DNA of 64,000 bases, from IMG/VR virus record IMGVR_UViG_3300033069_001852. One strand, 5' to 3'. This stretch comes from a virus. Its lineage: Duplodnaviria; Caudoviricetes. The position numbers were made by a program, and so were the translations under genes. Of the stretch, positions 49,768 through 59,544 are shown one piece after another (the stretch's first letter is position 1; every line of letters begins with the position of its first letter). The notes below the pieces were generated by a model, which ran no database searches, had not been told where the DNA came from, and saw only the letters and a list, made by a program, of their open reading frames with translations.

Positions 49768-51693
49768 ATGGCAAATACAACAAGCAATGGAACAGGAAAC
49801 AGTTTAATTGGCGCACCAACTCTTGTGCGTATTCCGCCAAATTATCCCGTCGAACCAATGCCGGGTAAAGTGGAACAATTGTTGGAATATAATCAGTCTG
49901 CGTTGTATCACTACCCTTCTCCATTCACCAGTAATACTAACCTATTGCGCTTCGGTCGGGAACAACCTTATATCTATCGGTATATTGATAACCCGAATAA
50001 ATCTTCCCTACCGCCGATCCCCGCTAAGTATAAGAATATTGAGTCAATTATTCCCCTCCGGGCCGGCGCCGATGACATCATGCGCATGTCATATTACTTG
50101 TTTGGTGGACGCGGCGTCCAGTTTATAACTACACAATTTTTACTCCAGGCTCAGCAGCCGTTCGATGAGACTGCGGTTTATAATCCAGCGGAGGTTTTGA
50201 GCGCGACCGCAAGTCCGCTGTCCCTGGGGATCATTCCCATGCCCCAACGCCACATCAACATCAGTAGTGGAGTTTTGGGGGCCTTAGCTAGTATCATCGG
50301 TATAAACATTAGCAATGGCAATACCGCACCCCCAAGTTCCGTTGGTCAGGACGCCTTACCGAAGATTGGCGCCGCCGATGGTAAAGGTTTGTTACGCGCT
50401 GCCACTGCGAATAAAGCTGTCGGCATTCTCCATGTCAAATTCCCCGCGGGTGGCGAACCCAGCCCGAAATCAGGAATCTGGAGCACAATTGGGAAAAGTA
50501 TTCTAACCACCGCCGCGGATAGCATAAAAGTATTTCTTAAACCAATATTTCCTTTGCGGCAGAAGGGAGTAAAATACCGGGGTGATGAAATTGCCTATGG
50601 TCTAATGCGTAGTGATGCCGCCGGGCGTTTTACATCTTACAATAAAGATGAAGTAGCCATATCCATCTTTGACATTCGCCGTGAGGGGGTAAAGGTTTTA
50701 AACAACAATCGCGTTTATCGAGCACTGAATGGTGACAAGGTTTTATCCCAATATAATCAAAAAACTCCACTTGTATCGGAATATGATAATTCAACCTCCA
50801 AGGTTCCGGTCGTGGATACTTCCATCATCGGCAATCGTAATCTCCGCATGGTGCGAGCAGGCGCCGGCGATGGTCTCAATCAAATCGGCGTCCTCACAAA
50901 AGGTTCAGCGAATTCTGACGGCGTCCCTATTAAAAACGTGCCTATGAATTATGTCGGATGGGAAACCTGGCGCCCCTACCAAGACGACCTCATCGCTTTC
51001 TTTTTCTATGATGTGATTAATGAGAAATACATACCATTCCGAGCAACCGTAAAAGGGATCAATGATACAACGGCGGCGCACTGGGATGAACTTCGATTTA
51101 TCGGCCGGGCCGACCAGGTCTATACTTACAATGGATTTGTTCGTTCGCTCGCTTTCCAGTTTAGCGTGGTGGTGACCAGTCTTGAAGATTTGTTACCCAC
51201 CTGGCAAAAGATAAATTATATGAAGACCTCATTGAAGCCCGCGGGTTATACTCTGAGTGGCACGCGCCAGTACAATCGCTTTATGATTCCGCCCATGTTT
51301 ATGCTTACCGTGGGGGATATGTATAAATACCAACCAATCGTCATAACTAATCTAACCATAAACATTCCGGAAAATGCGAACTGGGAGACCTTAAACGAAA
51401 ACAATTCCACAACTTGGGAATACCTCCACGATAGTATCCACGCGGATAGCAGTTTCGTGGGAAAATACGCGCAGTTGCCGAAAGAAGTTGATATCTCAGT
51501 GACATGTAACTTGCTCGAAAAAGATCGGGCTGAAGTCGCGAGTGTAGATTTCGGCCATGCGCCGAAAGACGAGGCGGGAAATTTCATCATCGGCGATTCA
51601 ACCAAACCTTACCTCCCCGCGCCAAATAAATTTTCCAAAACAATAAATCCCGCATATGAAGGGGATGTCAATCCACAACCCACCATGGCATGA
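49768..51693 (+). CDS. Baseplate/tube-initiator-like protein
   Basis: C-terminal FRA..IND...W....IGRA..YTY.GF.RS..F.F and PP...LTVGD; follows the tape measure. Confidence 0.55.
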   Translation: MANTTSNGTGNSLIGAPTLVRIPPNYPVEPMPGKVEQLLEYNQSALYHYPSPFTSNTNLLRFGREQPYIYRYIDNPNKSSLPPIPAKYKNIESIIPLRAGADDIMRMSYYLFGGRGVQFITTQFLLQAQQPFDETAVYNPAEVLSATASPLSLGIIPMPQRHINISSGVLGALASIIGINISNGNTAPPSSVGQDALPKIGAADGKGLLRAATANKAVGILHVKFPAGGEPSPKSGIWSTIGKSILTTAADSIKVFLKPIFPLRQKGVKYRGDEIAYGLMRSDAAGRFTSYNKDEVAISIFDIRREGVKVLNNNRVYRALNGDKVLSQYNQKTPLVSEYDNSTSKVPVVDTSIIGNRNLRMVRAGAGDGLNQIGVLTKGSANSDGVPIKNVPMNYVGWETWRPYQDDLIAFFFYDVINEKYIPFRATVKGINDTTAAHWDELRFIGRADQVYTYNGFVRSLAFQFSVVVTSLEDLLPTWQKINYMKTSLKPAGYTLSGTRQYNRFMIPPMFMLTVGDMYKYQPIVITNLTINIPENANWETLNENNSTTWEYLHDSIHADSSFVGKYAQLPKEVDISVTCNLLEKDRAEVASVDFGHAPKDEAGNFIIGDSTKPYLPAPNKFSKTINPAYEGDVNPQPTMA

Positions 51694-51989
51694 AACGATA
51701 CAATTCAACCAAACAAAAAGAACGATGGGATGGAAAACGGGTTTATGGGATTACCTATTATCCAACCATTACCCATAATCAGAGCGATGTATTTGTCATA
51801 AGTTCCGCCGGCGATTATTTAGACAGTTTAGCTAACAAGTATTATAACGATCCTACGCTTTGGTGGGTTATCGCTTTGGCTAATAATATCGGCAAAGGGC
51901 GCTTGAGCGTGCCACCAGGATTACAATTGCGAATCCCCATGGATATCAATCAAATAGTAAGCAATTTCAATAATTTAAACCGAAAATAA
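51690..51989 (+). CDS. LysM-like baseplate protein (gp53-like)
   Basis: GDYLDSLANKYYNDPTLWWVIALAN..GLQLRIP. Confidence 0.85.
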   Translation: MKRYNSTKQKERWDGKRVYGITYYPTITHNQSDVFVISSAGDYLDSLANKYYNDPTLWWVIALANNIGKGRLSVPPGLQLRIPMDINQIVSNFNNLNRK

Positions 51990-51992
51990 GTT

Positions 51993-54689
51993 ATGATTTT
52001 ACCTAACATCATTCCATGGGAACCTAGTCACGTCCCGATGGAGTTACAGGAAGAATTGGCCCGCAGACGCCAAAACATTTCCCTCAATTACTCCCCCATT
52101 AAAACTTCATGGCAGAATGGGGATTGGAAAAAATATACCGGGCCAATGTCGGCTTGGATCAGAGTTTGTTCCAACGGTCGGGGCCGGCCTGAGTATGACA
52201 TTCAACCAACCCCCACAGCCAGGCCGGCGAGTAGTGATCAAGAATTTCAATTTCACCCGGATGTCTTCCGTCACAAACGATTTATATTTTCGAGCGGCAA
52301 GGATTTTGAATCAACCTATGGTTTTAAACGCACCGGCGAATCTCCCCAATCACAGATCATTGGTTATATGCCCAATGGGATGCCGCATGTCATTGATAAT
52401 AGTCGCACCGCGGAATATCCAATTCATGTTCCGGCGCCAGAAGTAACGCGGGTGGAAATGACGATTCAAAAGGAACTGCTCCGCAGGGCAACGATTGAAT
52501 GGGTATGTTTTTCATGGAAACAACTGGAGTATATGACTCCTTATTTCTTGGTTCCAGGAATTACATGTATGGTGGAGATGGGTTGGAATCATTTTAATCC
52601 AAAGTCACTAGTCGATCTCACCAATGACAATACCATGCGTTCATTGTGGGAAAATCCTTATCCATTATACACCAACAACATTATCGATTCAAACGGTAAC
52701 TATGATGTCATCTATGGAATGATTACCAATTTCAACTGGTCCGTGGATGGGAATAATCGTTATACATGTACAACTGAAATCACTTCGAAAAACCGGTTGT
52801 ATGCGGGTCTTCCTGTAAACTCTGAACTTTTTGTTCGGGATTTAAAGAATAAAAAAGAGCCAGCGAAGACGACGGGTAACCTGGCGGAATTTCTCAACGA
52901 TACTCAATTGGTCCACGATTTTAGACAACTGGCCCGTTTGGGAACATCGAAATTTTTTAAATCACAATCACCCACGCCTCCTTCGACTAATCCAACACCA
53001 TCGACAATTAGCTTTGGTTTGTCCCCGGCGCTCACACAACAGATTCCTAATAACAAACCCTCTAGCTTAGTCGCACCCACAACCATCGAATCCGCTTTTT
53101 TCAAAGATGTTTATGATCGAGCCCTAAGCATCCCCGACGCAGAAAAAAGACAATTGAAGCTTTCGTATTTATACGGGGTCTTTGACGGGCGTGATACAAC
53201 CGAAACGGATACGGGAAAAACCCCAAGCAAAAATCAAGCCGATTTTGATCAAGGTACTGCGACCGATGACACGACTTGGTTTAGTATGGGGTTATTATCA
53301 ACCTTAATCAATCTCTTTTCCGACCGGGCGTCATTAACGGATAAATCGTCGATGTTTGAATTGGACCTGGATGATGTTATTATCGGCGCCCACCCCAATT
53401 TAATATCCGCCAACGGACATGTTATGTTGGTGCCGAATTTTGAATCCCCCAAATTTTTTTGGGGCCGACGTGGCTTACATACGGCTTACGGGAGAACATC
53501 AGAAAAGGCCACCGACTTCGGCGACCCAGATTATTACAATCAATATGTTCAAGCATACAAATCCGACCGGAAGGCGGATGTGACCTTACAAACCGTCTTA
53601 AACCAGAAAGAAGCCGCCCGGGACGATATTGATTTATGGATTAATCGCAATGTTTACCGGCTTAATCCACCCTCCATTCAAAGTTCAGAGGATCCCGTTT
53701 ATGTTGTACCGGAAAAAGGCAGTCGGTCATTTCCCAATCGGAAAATTCCTGAAGCCAGTCCGTGTGGTTATCTTCGTGATATCTATTTCAACGTGGCGCA
53801 ATTCAAGAGTATTCTCAAAAACAATCAATTTGTTAAAAGTTATTATGATTTGGTCCAAGGCATAATCCAGGACTTGAACGCCGCGAGCGCAAATTTTTGG
53901 AATTTACAGATGTGCGACAATGGCTTGGGTAAATGGACAATTATTGATGCTAACTTCGTCAGCGCACGGAATGGCAAACAAGGTAAAGTTTTGACCTTCG
54001 ACATGCACGATGCCAACAACATCGTTAAAGCTTTTAAGTTTCGGCCGCAAATGTCCGACGCACAGACGAATCGGGTTTTGTATGGGGAAATTTCCAATCC
54101 AAAAAGCCAGTTCTACTCCAAGGAGGAAGTGGAGAGTCTTAATTTCTCTTACAAAGACACATACCTTTACAACGATGCTGATGCTTATAACAAATCATAC
54201 ACTTCCGCTAATATAAGATTTGAAGAAGTTTGGAAAATGATACTGGAACAAATCCAAGTCGTTGACCAAGACGCATCCGATACTTTTCAAATGAAAATTC
54301 AAAGGGATTTATACCCCAACTTGGAAACCAAGGATAATCCACAAAAGAAATTTCGTTATTTGAAATTGTCCCTCCCCGCCGCCAAGGGGCAAAGCATCCT
54401 GCGGAAGTTATTGGATGATAATGATTTTGAAAAGAATTCCAAATACTGCGCTATTCAACCAGGAATAAATGCGGAAATTACTATTCAGGGTTTGGGCGGT
54501 CTTCGAACATTTCAGTGTTTTTTGATTAAAAATCTACCCAATCCCTATTCCCATAAAGATGTTATTTTTCAAATCTTGAATGTTATGGATCATATCGAAT
54601 CTGGCAACTGGGAGACAACAATTGTCGCTGGCCTCCGTCCATTACGTGGTTACATAAAAAATGCTCTGAGTCTAAATACGGTGACATAA
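51993..54689 (+). CDS. Baseplate hub-like protein
   Basis: 898 aa; RRATIEW.CF..QL...YFLVPG...EMGW, GMITNFNWS, C-terminal H.I....WETTI; baseplate gene context. Confidence 0.55.
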   Translation: MILPNIIPWEPSHVPMELQEELARRRQNISLNYSPIKTSWQNGDWKKYTGPMSAWIRVCSNGRGRPEYDIQPTPTARPASSDQEFQFHPDVFRHKRFIFSSGKDFESTYGFKRTGESPQSQIIGYMPNGMPHVIDNSRTAEYPIHVPAPEVTRVEMTIQKELLRRATIEWVCFSWKQLEYMTPYFLVPGITCMVEMGWNHFNPKSLVDLTNDNTMRSLWENPYPLYTNNIIDSNGNYDVIYGMITNFNWSVDGNNRYTCTTEITSKNRLYAGLPVNSELFVRDLKNKKEPAKTTGNLAEFLNDTQLVHDFRQLARLGTSKFFKSQSPTPPSTNPTPSTISFGLSPALTQQIPNNKPSSLVAPTTIESAFFKDVYDRALSIPDAEKRQLKLSYLYGVFDGRDTTETDTGKTPSKNQADFDQGTATDDTTWFSMGLLSTLINLFSDRASLTDKSSMFELDLDDVIIGAHPNLISANGHVMLVPNFESPKFFWGRRGLHTAYGRTSEKATDFGDPDYYNQYVQAYKSDRKADVTLQTVLNQKEAARDDIDLWINRNVYRLNPPSIQSSEDPVYVVPEKGSRSFPNRKIPEASPCGYLRDIYFNVAQFKSILKNNQFVKSYYDLVQGIIQDLNAASANFWNLQMCDNGLGKWTIIDANFVSARNGKQGKVLTFDMHDANNIVKAFKFRPQMSDAQTNRVLYGEISNPKSQFYSKEEVESLNFSYKDTYLYNDADAYNKSYTSANIRFEEVWKMILEQIQVVDQDASDTFQMKIQRDLYPNLETKDNPQKKFRYLKLSLPAAKGQSILRKLLDDNDFEKNSKYCAIQPGINAEITIQGLGGLRTFQCFLIKNLPNPYSHKDVIFQILNVMDHIESGNWETTIVAGLRPLRGYIKNALSLNTVT

Positions 54690-54693
54690 TAAA

Positions 54694-54722
54694 TTGATCC
54701 AACCAATCTGTCGTGGTATGGT
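54694..54722 (+). promoter_or_regulatory. Sigma70-like promoter for the polymerase gene
   Basis: TTGATC-17 nt-TATGGT with an extended TG; the ATG at 54731 follows 8 nt later. Confidence 0.45.
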
Positions 54723-54730
54723 ACCGCGAT

Positions 54731-56110
54731 ATGATTGAAAATAAAGAAAGTTATGAAGATTTCTACAAAGAAATTGAAAATCACGATCTTATTTTACACA
54801 TTGTCCCAGCCGAACCCCATTTTCACGCTGCCGTTTGTCAACCAATTGCTGCGTTTGTGTATGATGTTCAGACTAAGCGGAGTTATTCCATTTCTTTTAA
54901 TCACCCGGATATAGACTTCAAATTACCGGCGCAAGAATTTGCGCAGCGGATTGTAAAGCAAAATAACCGCATATGGGCGATGGATAAGAAGAGTCTGATT
55001 CAGACCCTTCCAGTCGATGGAATATATGATATTAACCTTGTCCGATTTCTTAAAAATAACTCTACATTTGACTATCAGACGGAAACTCCGGCCCATAACC
55101 TCCTTGAGCGATTTTATCCTGATCGGAGGAATTTAAACCGAATTATACCTTTGGTTAAACATAAGGAGATATTTGACGGAATGGTGGCAAGTTGTGTGGA
55201 AATGATCAAAACGGCGGAAATTGATCCAGCCTACAATAAAGTCAACACGATTATTCTTGAAACCCTAGCCGAATTGGAGCAAAATGGCATTTGTATAGAT
55301 AAGCCTCTGTTTGATAAATGTTTCGGGGTGCGGACTCACCCAGCCGGCGAACTAAACGTAGTGTATAGTCAATATAATCCATACACGTCAACCGGCCGCC
55401 CAAGTAATCGTTTCGATGGTGTCAATTACGCGGCTTTGAAAAAAGATGACGGCTGCCGGCGATGTTTTGTTTCACGGCACAATGTTGGCGTGACGAAACG
55501 AATGGCCGGAAAAATGTTGCTGATTGATTATTCCGCATTTCACCCCCGCATTATTTCCTATCTGATTGGGTTTAAATTGCCCGTGACGATGGATATTTAT
55601 CAATATCTGGGTGAGTTATACTTTAACAAAAAGATCCTCAATGCCTACGATATTGATGAAGCTAAAAAACTCACCTTCCGTCAACTCTACGGCGGCGTCG
55701 AGAAACAATACGAACACATAAAGTATTTTAACCGGCTTAAAGGTTTTGTCGACACCCATTGGAATTTTTTCTGTGCTCACGGTTTCGTTGAAACTCCCAT
55801 TTTTCAAAGGCGAATTACCACCGAACACATTAAAGACCCCAATCCCAATAAGCTGTTTAACTATATCCTTCAGGCAACGGAGACGGAGATTGCGATTCCG
55901 GTCATCTTTCAACTTAACCATTTTCTGAGAAAACGTCAGTCGAAGGCTATTTTATACACCTACGATTCGGTTTTGTTTGATTTTTGCCGGGATGATGAAA
56001 AGGACACTCTTCAAGGAATTGTTGAGATTATGTGTAAAAATAATCATTTTCCTATTAAGATGTATGTGGGGAATGATTACGCGAACCTTAATCAAATTCC
56101 TATTTCTTAA
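54731..56110 (+). CDS. polA: Family A DNA polymerase-like protein (compact, divergent)
   Basis: TSTGRPS, motif A DYSAFHPRI, motif B KKLTFRQLYG, YILQATE, motif C YTYDS. Confidence 0.8.
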   Translation: MIENKESYEDFYKEIENHDLILHIVPAEPHFHAAVCQPIAAFVYDVQTKRSYSISFNHPDIDFKLPAQEFAQRIVKQNNRIWAMDKKSLIQTLPVDGIYDINLVRFLKNNSTFDYQTETPAHNLLERFYPDRRNLNRIIPLVKHKEIFDGMVASCVEMIKTAEIDPAYNKVNTIILETLAELEQNGICIDKPLFDKCFGVRTHPAGELNVVYSQYNPYTSTGRPSNRFDGVNYAALKKDDGCRRCFVSRHNVGVTKRMAGKMLLIDYSAFHPRIISYLIGFKLPVTMDIYQYLGELYFNKKILNAYDIDEAKKLTFRQLYGGVEKQYEHIKYFNRLKGFVDTHWNFFCAHGFVETPIFQRRITTEHIKDPNPNKLFNYILQATETEIAIPVIFQLNHFLRKRQSKAILYTYDSVLFDFCRDDEKDTLQGIVEIMCKNNHFPIKMYVGNDYANLNQIPIS

Positions 56111-56143
56111 CCCAAGTCCTCCATATTTATACTTATCTATGGT

Positions 56144-57760
56144 ATGATAATGGAGAAGTTTCTAAAAGATGTTATTCTGGAAGTATCAATGCGCTTGCCT
56201 TGTGGGGGCGCATTTCTTGATTTTCACGATGACAACCATTTGGTCCTGATCGAAGCGGCCTTACAACAACGGGGGCTTTCGTCAGAACAATCTAATGCTG
56301 TCCTTCAACAATTAGCGGAGAAGGATAATCAAAAAAACAACCTGACCCACAGCGACATTTCCACATTAAAAATGTTGGGGCTGCGCTTAAAATCCGAATC
56401 GGAGTATCAGTCATTAAAGCTGAATGAAGTGGATGTGGAATCGGTAACTTTTACCACGGGCGGCGCGCACCGGATTTTTGAAGAGGCAACGGTAAAATTT
56501 AAAAAACTTTACGCCTATATCCGTTCTCAATCGACGGTGTATATCACGGTGGCCGGTTCGATCAACAAGATGCGTTCCGCAGACAACATCCGAATTTGTC
56601 AGTGGGGGCCTTCCCGGGGTCCTGGTTCAGCGAACTATAACCAAATCGTCGCGGTTTTCAGTTTGATCAAACAATTTCCCGCCATATTACAGGTGAGCAC
56701 AAATTTACCCCAGGGTATTAATTATGAGATGCAAAAAGTGGAGGAGTTAAACGACATTTTACAAAAATCAGCCACCCCTTCTCACTTGTATATCTACAAA
56801 GATAAAAAAATTGTTCCGATGCATGTTATGGCGCGCAGTGCGGCTAAAGTTACTGGCGTCGGCAAAGCCGACATCGCATTGGAGAATGAACGAAAAGAGG
56901 AAGTATTTTGGATCTCTTATAAAAACGGAGACTATTTTGGTAAACAAGGCCAAGTGTTGTTATCCGTCCCTTTTCAACAATACGGTTCGTTACAAGGTTT
57001 GTATGATAGCGGTTTTACCGACCGACCGCTTGCGAGTGATAAGGATGTTCCAGGAAAAGAAATCCAACGGCTTATCAACATTTTTATCAAAGCGATGATG
57101 GTCAAGGCAGGTTTAAACAAATATACGATTAAAAATGCGGTACGCATTGATGCTAAAAAGAAAGATGTCCTCATTTATGTGGAGGGGAATAAGCTTGTAA
57201 CTATTGGACCCAACCATCCAATGTATGATCTTGTGGGTGACCCGGTCATTTTGAAAAAGATGGCAAAGAATGTAAGAAAAGAAGGCAAGTTGAATTTACA
57301 TTTTTTCCTTCAAGGAACCCCGGAATTTTATTTTGATATGATGAAAGATTCGGAGATAATGGATCGTGAAACCCTGAACACCATCTCAGGGAAATCAATC
57401 TATGGCACAGATTTTTTTGTTGGTAATAACCGTTTCGGCCGTGAAAACATAAATATGCTTTTACAAACGAGTCGGAAATTGATTATCCAATCCCATAATG
57501 CCGCGGGGGAGTCGGATGGTTTAGTGTTAAGAACAGACGAACAGGGGCACATTCTTATGAATCCAAACCTACCCTCAGCGATCACGGATGAATTGGAACA
57601 GGTTATTGATGTGTATCTGCCTGTTCTTTTTACCCGTTTTACTCGCAACGAAGGCTTTAAATGGACGGATGAAACTGGAAAAAATATGATTTTCGGCGGC
57701 CGCTTTCTTATCCTCCCCAAGGGAAAGATGCCATCGAAGGCAATTGAGGTAAATTTATGA
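56144..57760 (+). CDS. Hypothetical protein, possible PD-(D/E)xK nuclease domain
   Basis: KADIAL...WISYK...FQQYG. N-terminal region resembles that of 58142-59029. ATATTTAT at 56123-56130. Confidence 0.55.
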   Translation: MIMEKFLKDVILEVSMRLPCGGAFLDFHDDNHLVLIEAALQQRGLSSEQSNAVLQQLAEKDNQKNNLTHSDISTLKMLGLRLKSESEYQSLKLNEVDVESVTFTTGGAHRIFEEATVKFKKLYAYIRSQSTVYITVAGSINKMRSADNIRICQWGPSRGPGSANYNQIVAVFSLIKQFPAILQVSTNLPQGINYEMQKVEELNDILQKSATPSHLYIYKDKKIVPMHVMARSAAKVTGVGKADIALENERKEEVFWISYKNGDYFGKQGQVLLSVPFQQYGSLQGLYDSGFTDRPLASDKDVPGKEIQRLINIFIKAMMVKAGLNKYTIKNAVRIDAKKKDVLIYVEGNKLVTIGPNHPMYDLVGDPVILKKMAKNVRKEGKLNLHFFLQGTPEFYFDMMKDSEIMDRETLNTISGKSIYGTDFFVGNNRFGRENINMLLQTSRKLIIQSHNAAGESDGLVLRTDEQGHILMNPNLPSAITDELEQVIDVYLPVLFTRFTRNEGFKWTDETGKNMIFGGRFLILPKGKMPSKAIEVNL

Positions 57761-58140
57761 AAAAAACCATTACACTAACGCAACTGAAGAAGTTGATCAA
57801 AGAATGTATAACTCAGGTAATTAAGGAAAAATCTCAAGATGAAATTCCACGCTGGGCGGGAGGAATTATCTCTCAAGTACAAACCATATTTTCTATTGGC
57901 GGCCGGCAAGATATTGAGTATGTGTATAGGCCCGAAAATCAATATTTAGGTTTTTACAATCTCATAGGATCGGATGTTCGTTTAATTCATTTGCGGCCGG
58001 TGTATAGAATAGATGATAGCAAATTTACAATTCCCCCAGGAACTATTTTTGACTTGTATATGGTCACCGCGCATGGAGATATAAATAAAGAAGACGTTAA
58101 ATGGAATGAGGTCCTGAAACTTTTCAGAGGTCATAAGTAA
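57757..58140 (+). CDS. Hypothetical protein with leader-like N-terminus
   Basis: MKKTITLTQLKKLIKECITQVIKE; ATGA overlap. Confidence 0.7.
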   Translation: MKKTITLTQLKKLIKECITQVIKEKSQDEIPRWAGGIISQVQTIFSIGGRQDIEYVYRPENQYLGFYNLIGSDVRLIHLRPVYRIDDSKFTIPPGTIFDLYMVTAHGDINKEDVKWNEVLKLFRGHK

Positions 58141-58141
58141 T

Positions 58142-59029
58142 ATGAATACATTAATGGAAAAACTGCTGAATAATGTGTGTCTGGATGAACGCATTGATAC
58201 GGGTACATTTGATATCGCAAACAATGACCATATTGATGTCATGCGTGAATATCTGGTCAACCGTGGAATCGAAGAGAATCAAGCGGTCGCTTTTACAAAT
58301 CGGGTGGTTGAGGGGGGCAAGCATCCCGAACGCCAGGCTTATAATAAAAATGGTATTTTGGTGACCTTTCCCACTCCCCAACACAAGCAAAACGCAATTC
58401 GCCGCGGCACCCATTTTGAAAAAGATCCAACCAAAGGCAAACCCAATCTTTTCGGGCCTGGTCCTGACGGTAAACCCCGCCGCGGGCCCGGTCGTCCCGC
58501 CAAAGACGATGCGGAAAAAGCTTCCGGCGAATACACTCCCCCGGCCGAAGGCGGTGGGCAATCAATAACTCCCCAAGGCGACGTATCCACTTTACCAGTC
58601 TCAGGAACCAGTTCGGATTCTGCGCCGGCGCCCGGAGATACCGCGGTCACGATGTCGGCGCCCGAAGCGCCAGGTGAGTCTGGGCCCACCGAACCCGCCG
58701 AACAAGGGCCTCCGGATGTTTTGCCCGCCAAACCACCACAAGAAAAAGAGCAGGATCGTAAGGCGATTCAACAAATGATGGCCGCAAAAAATACAGGCCT
58801 GGGCTCGCCGTTGAATACCGAACCAACTCCGGTTGCGAAAGATCCTGAGAATGACAAGACGATCAATGAAACGAAAGTGGCAATGAAAAATATGTTAAAA
58901 CAGAATGATTACTTGTTAGATCGAATCGCTGCGTTTGCTTTGGAACACACGGAGATTCCTCTATGTTATGATATCATTGCGGAATTACAATGTCGGAATC
59001 CAAATGGAATTGGTTATCGTAATATCTAA
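58142..59029 (+). CDS. Hypothetical protein with Pro/Glu-rich disordered region
   Basis: 295 aa ORF packed 1 nt after the previous stop. Confidence 0.7.
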   Translation: MNTLMEKLLNNVCLDERIDTGTFDIANNDHIDVMREYLVNRGIEENQAVAFTNRVVEGGKHPERQAYNKNGILVTFPTPQHKQNAIRRGTHFEKDPTKGKPNLFGPGPDGKPRRGPGRPAKDDAEKASGEYTPPAEGGGQSITPQGDVSTLPVSGTSSDSAPAPGDTAVTMSAPEAPGESGPTEPAEQGPPDVLPAKPPQEKEQDRKAIQQMMAAKNTGLGSPLNTEPTPVAKDPENDKTINETKVAMKNMLKQNDYLLDRIAAFALEHTEIPLCYDIIAELQCRNPNGIGYRNI

Positions 59030-59037
59030 AATCAACT

Positions 59038-59436
59038 ATGAACGATATCCGGCAGTTGCTTTGTACTTTTTCCGAAATTAAGACCTTTAAAGAAATTGTC
59101 AATGACATTAAAGTTTTTTACGCTATCCCCCACGCTAAATTTTTTGTCTTCAATAACACCAAAGTACCTCAGGAAATCTACATAACTTATAATGTCCTCT
59201 CACCACTGGGCAAGGAACTACCAAAATTTCCCAACACCATTTCCATCCACCGTAAAAAACAGACAAATACGCTTTATACCTTGAATGCGATGAATCAGAT
59301 CATCCGCGATGAGAATAATGGTGTCTTTGATAAAAACCATATGGTCCACTGGGAACATTACCAGAATTCTCTGATAATAACCGGCGATGTCAGTATAAGA
59401 ATCATCTCCCTGGCGATTCATGATATTTTAAGTTGA
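59038..59436 (+). CDS. Hypothetical phage protein
   Basis: 132 aa; QLLCTF...HRKKQTNTLYTLNAMN. Confidence 0.7.
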   Translation: MNDIRQLLCTFSEIKTFKEIVNDIKVFYAIPHAKFFVFNNTKVPQEIYITYNVLSPLGKELPKFPNTISIHRKKQTNTLYTLNAMNQIIRDENNGVFDKNHMVHWEHYQNSLIITGDVSIRIISLAIHDILS

Positions 59437-59544
59437 GACTTGGCGTTTTCTGCTTTAGAATAGTACTTATGAGTAAGATCAAGAAGTGCTTAATAGTTAC
59501 GGATTGATTACTTACTTAAACAAATTATTACTTAGGAGAAAATT

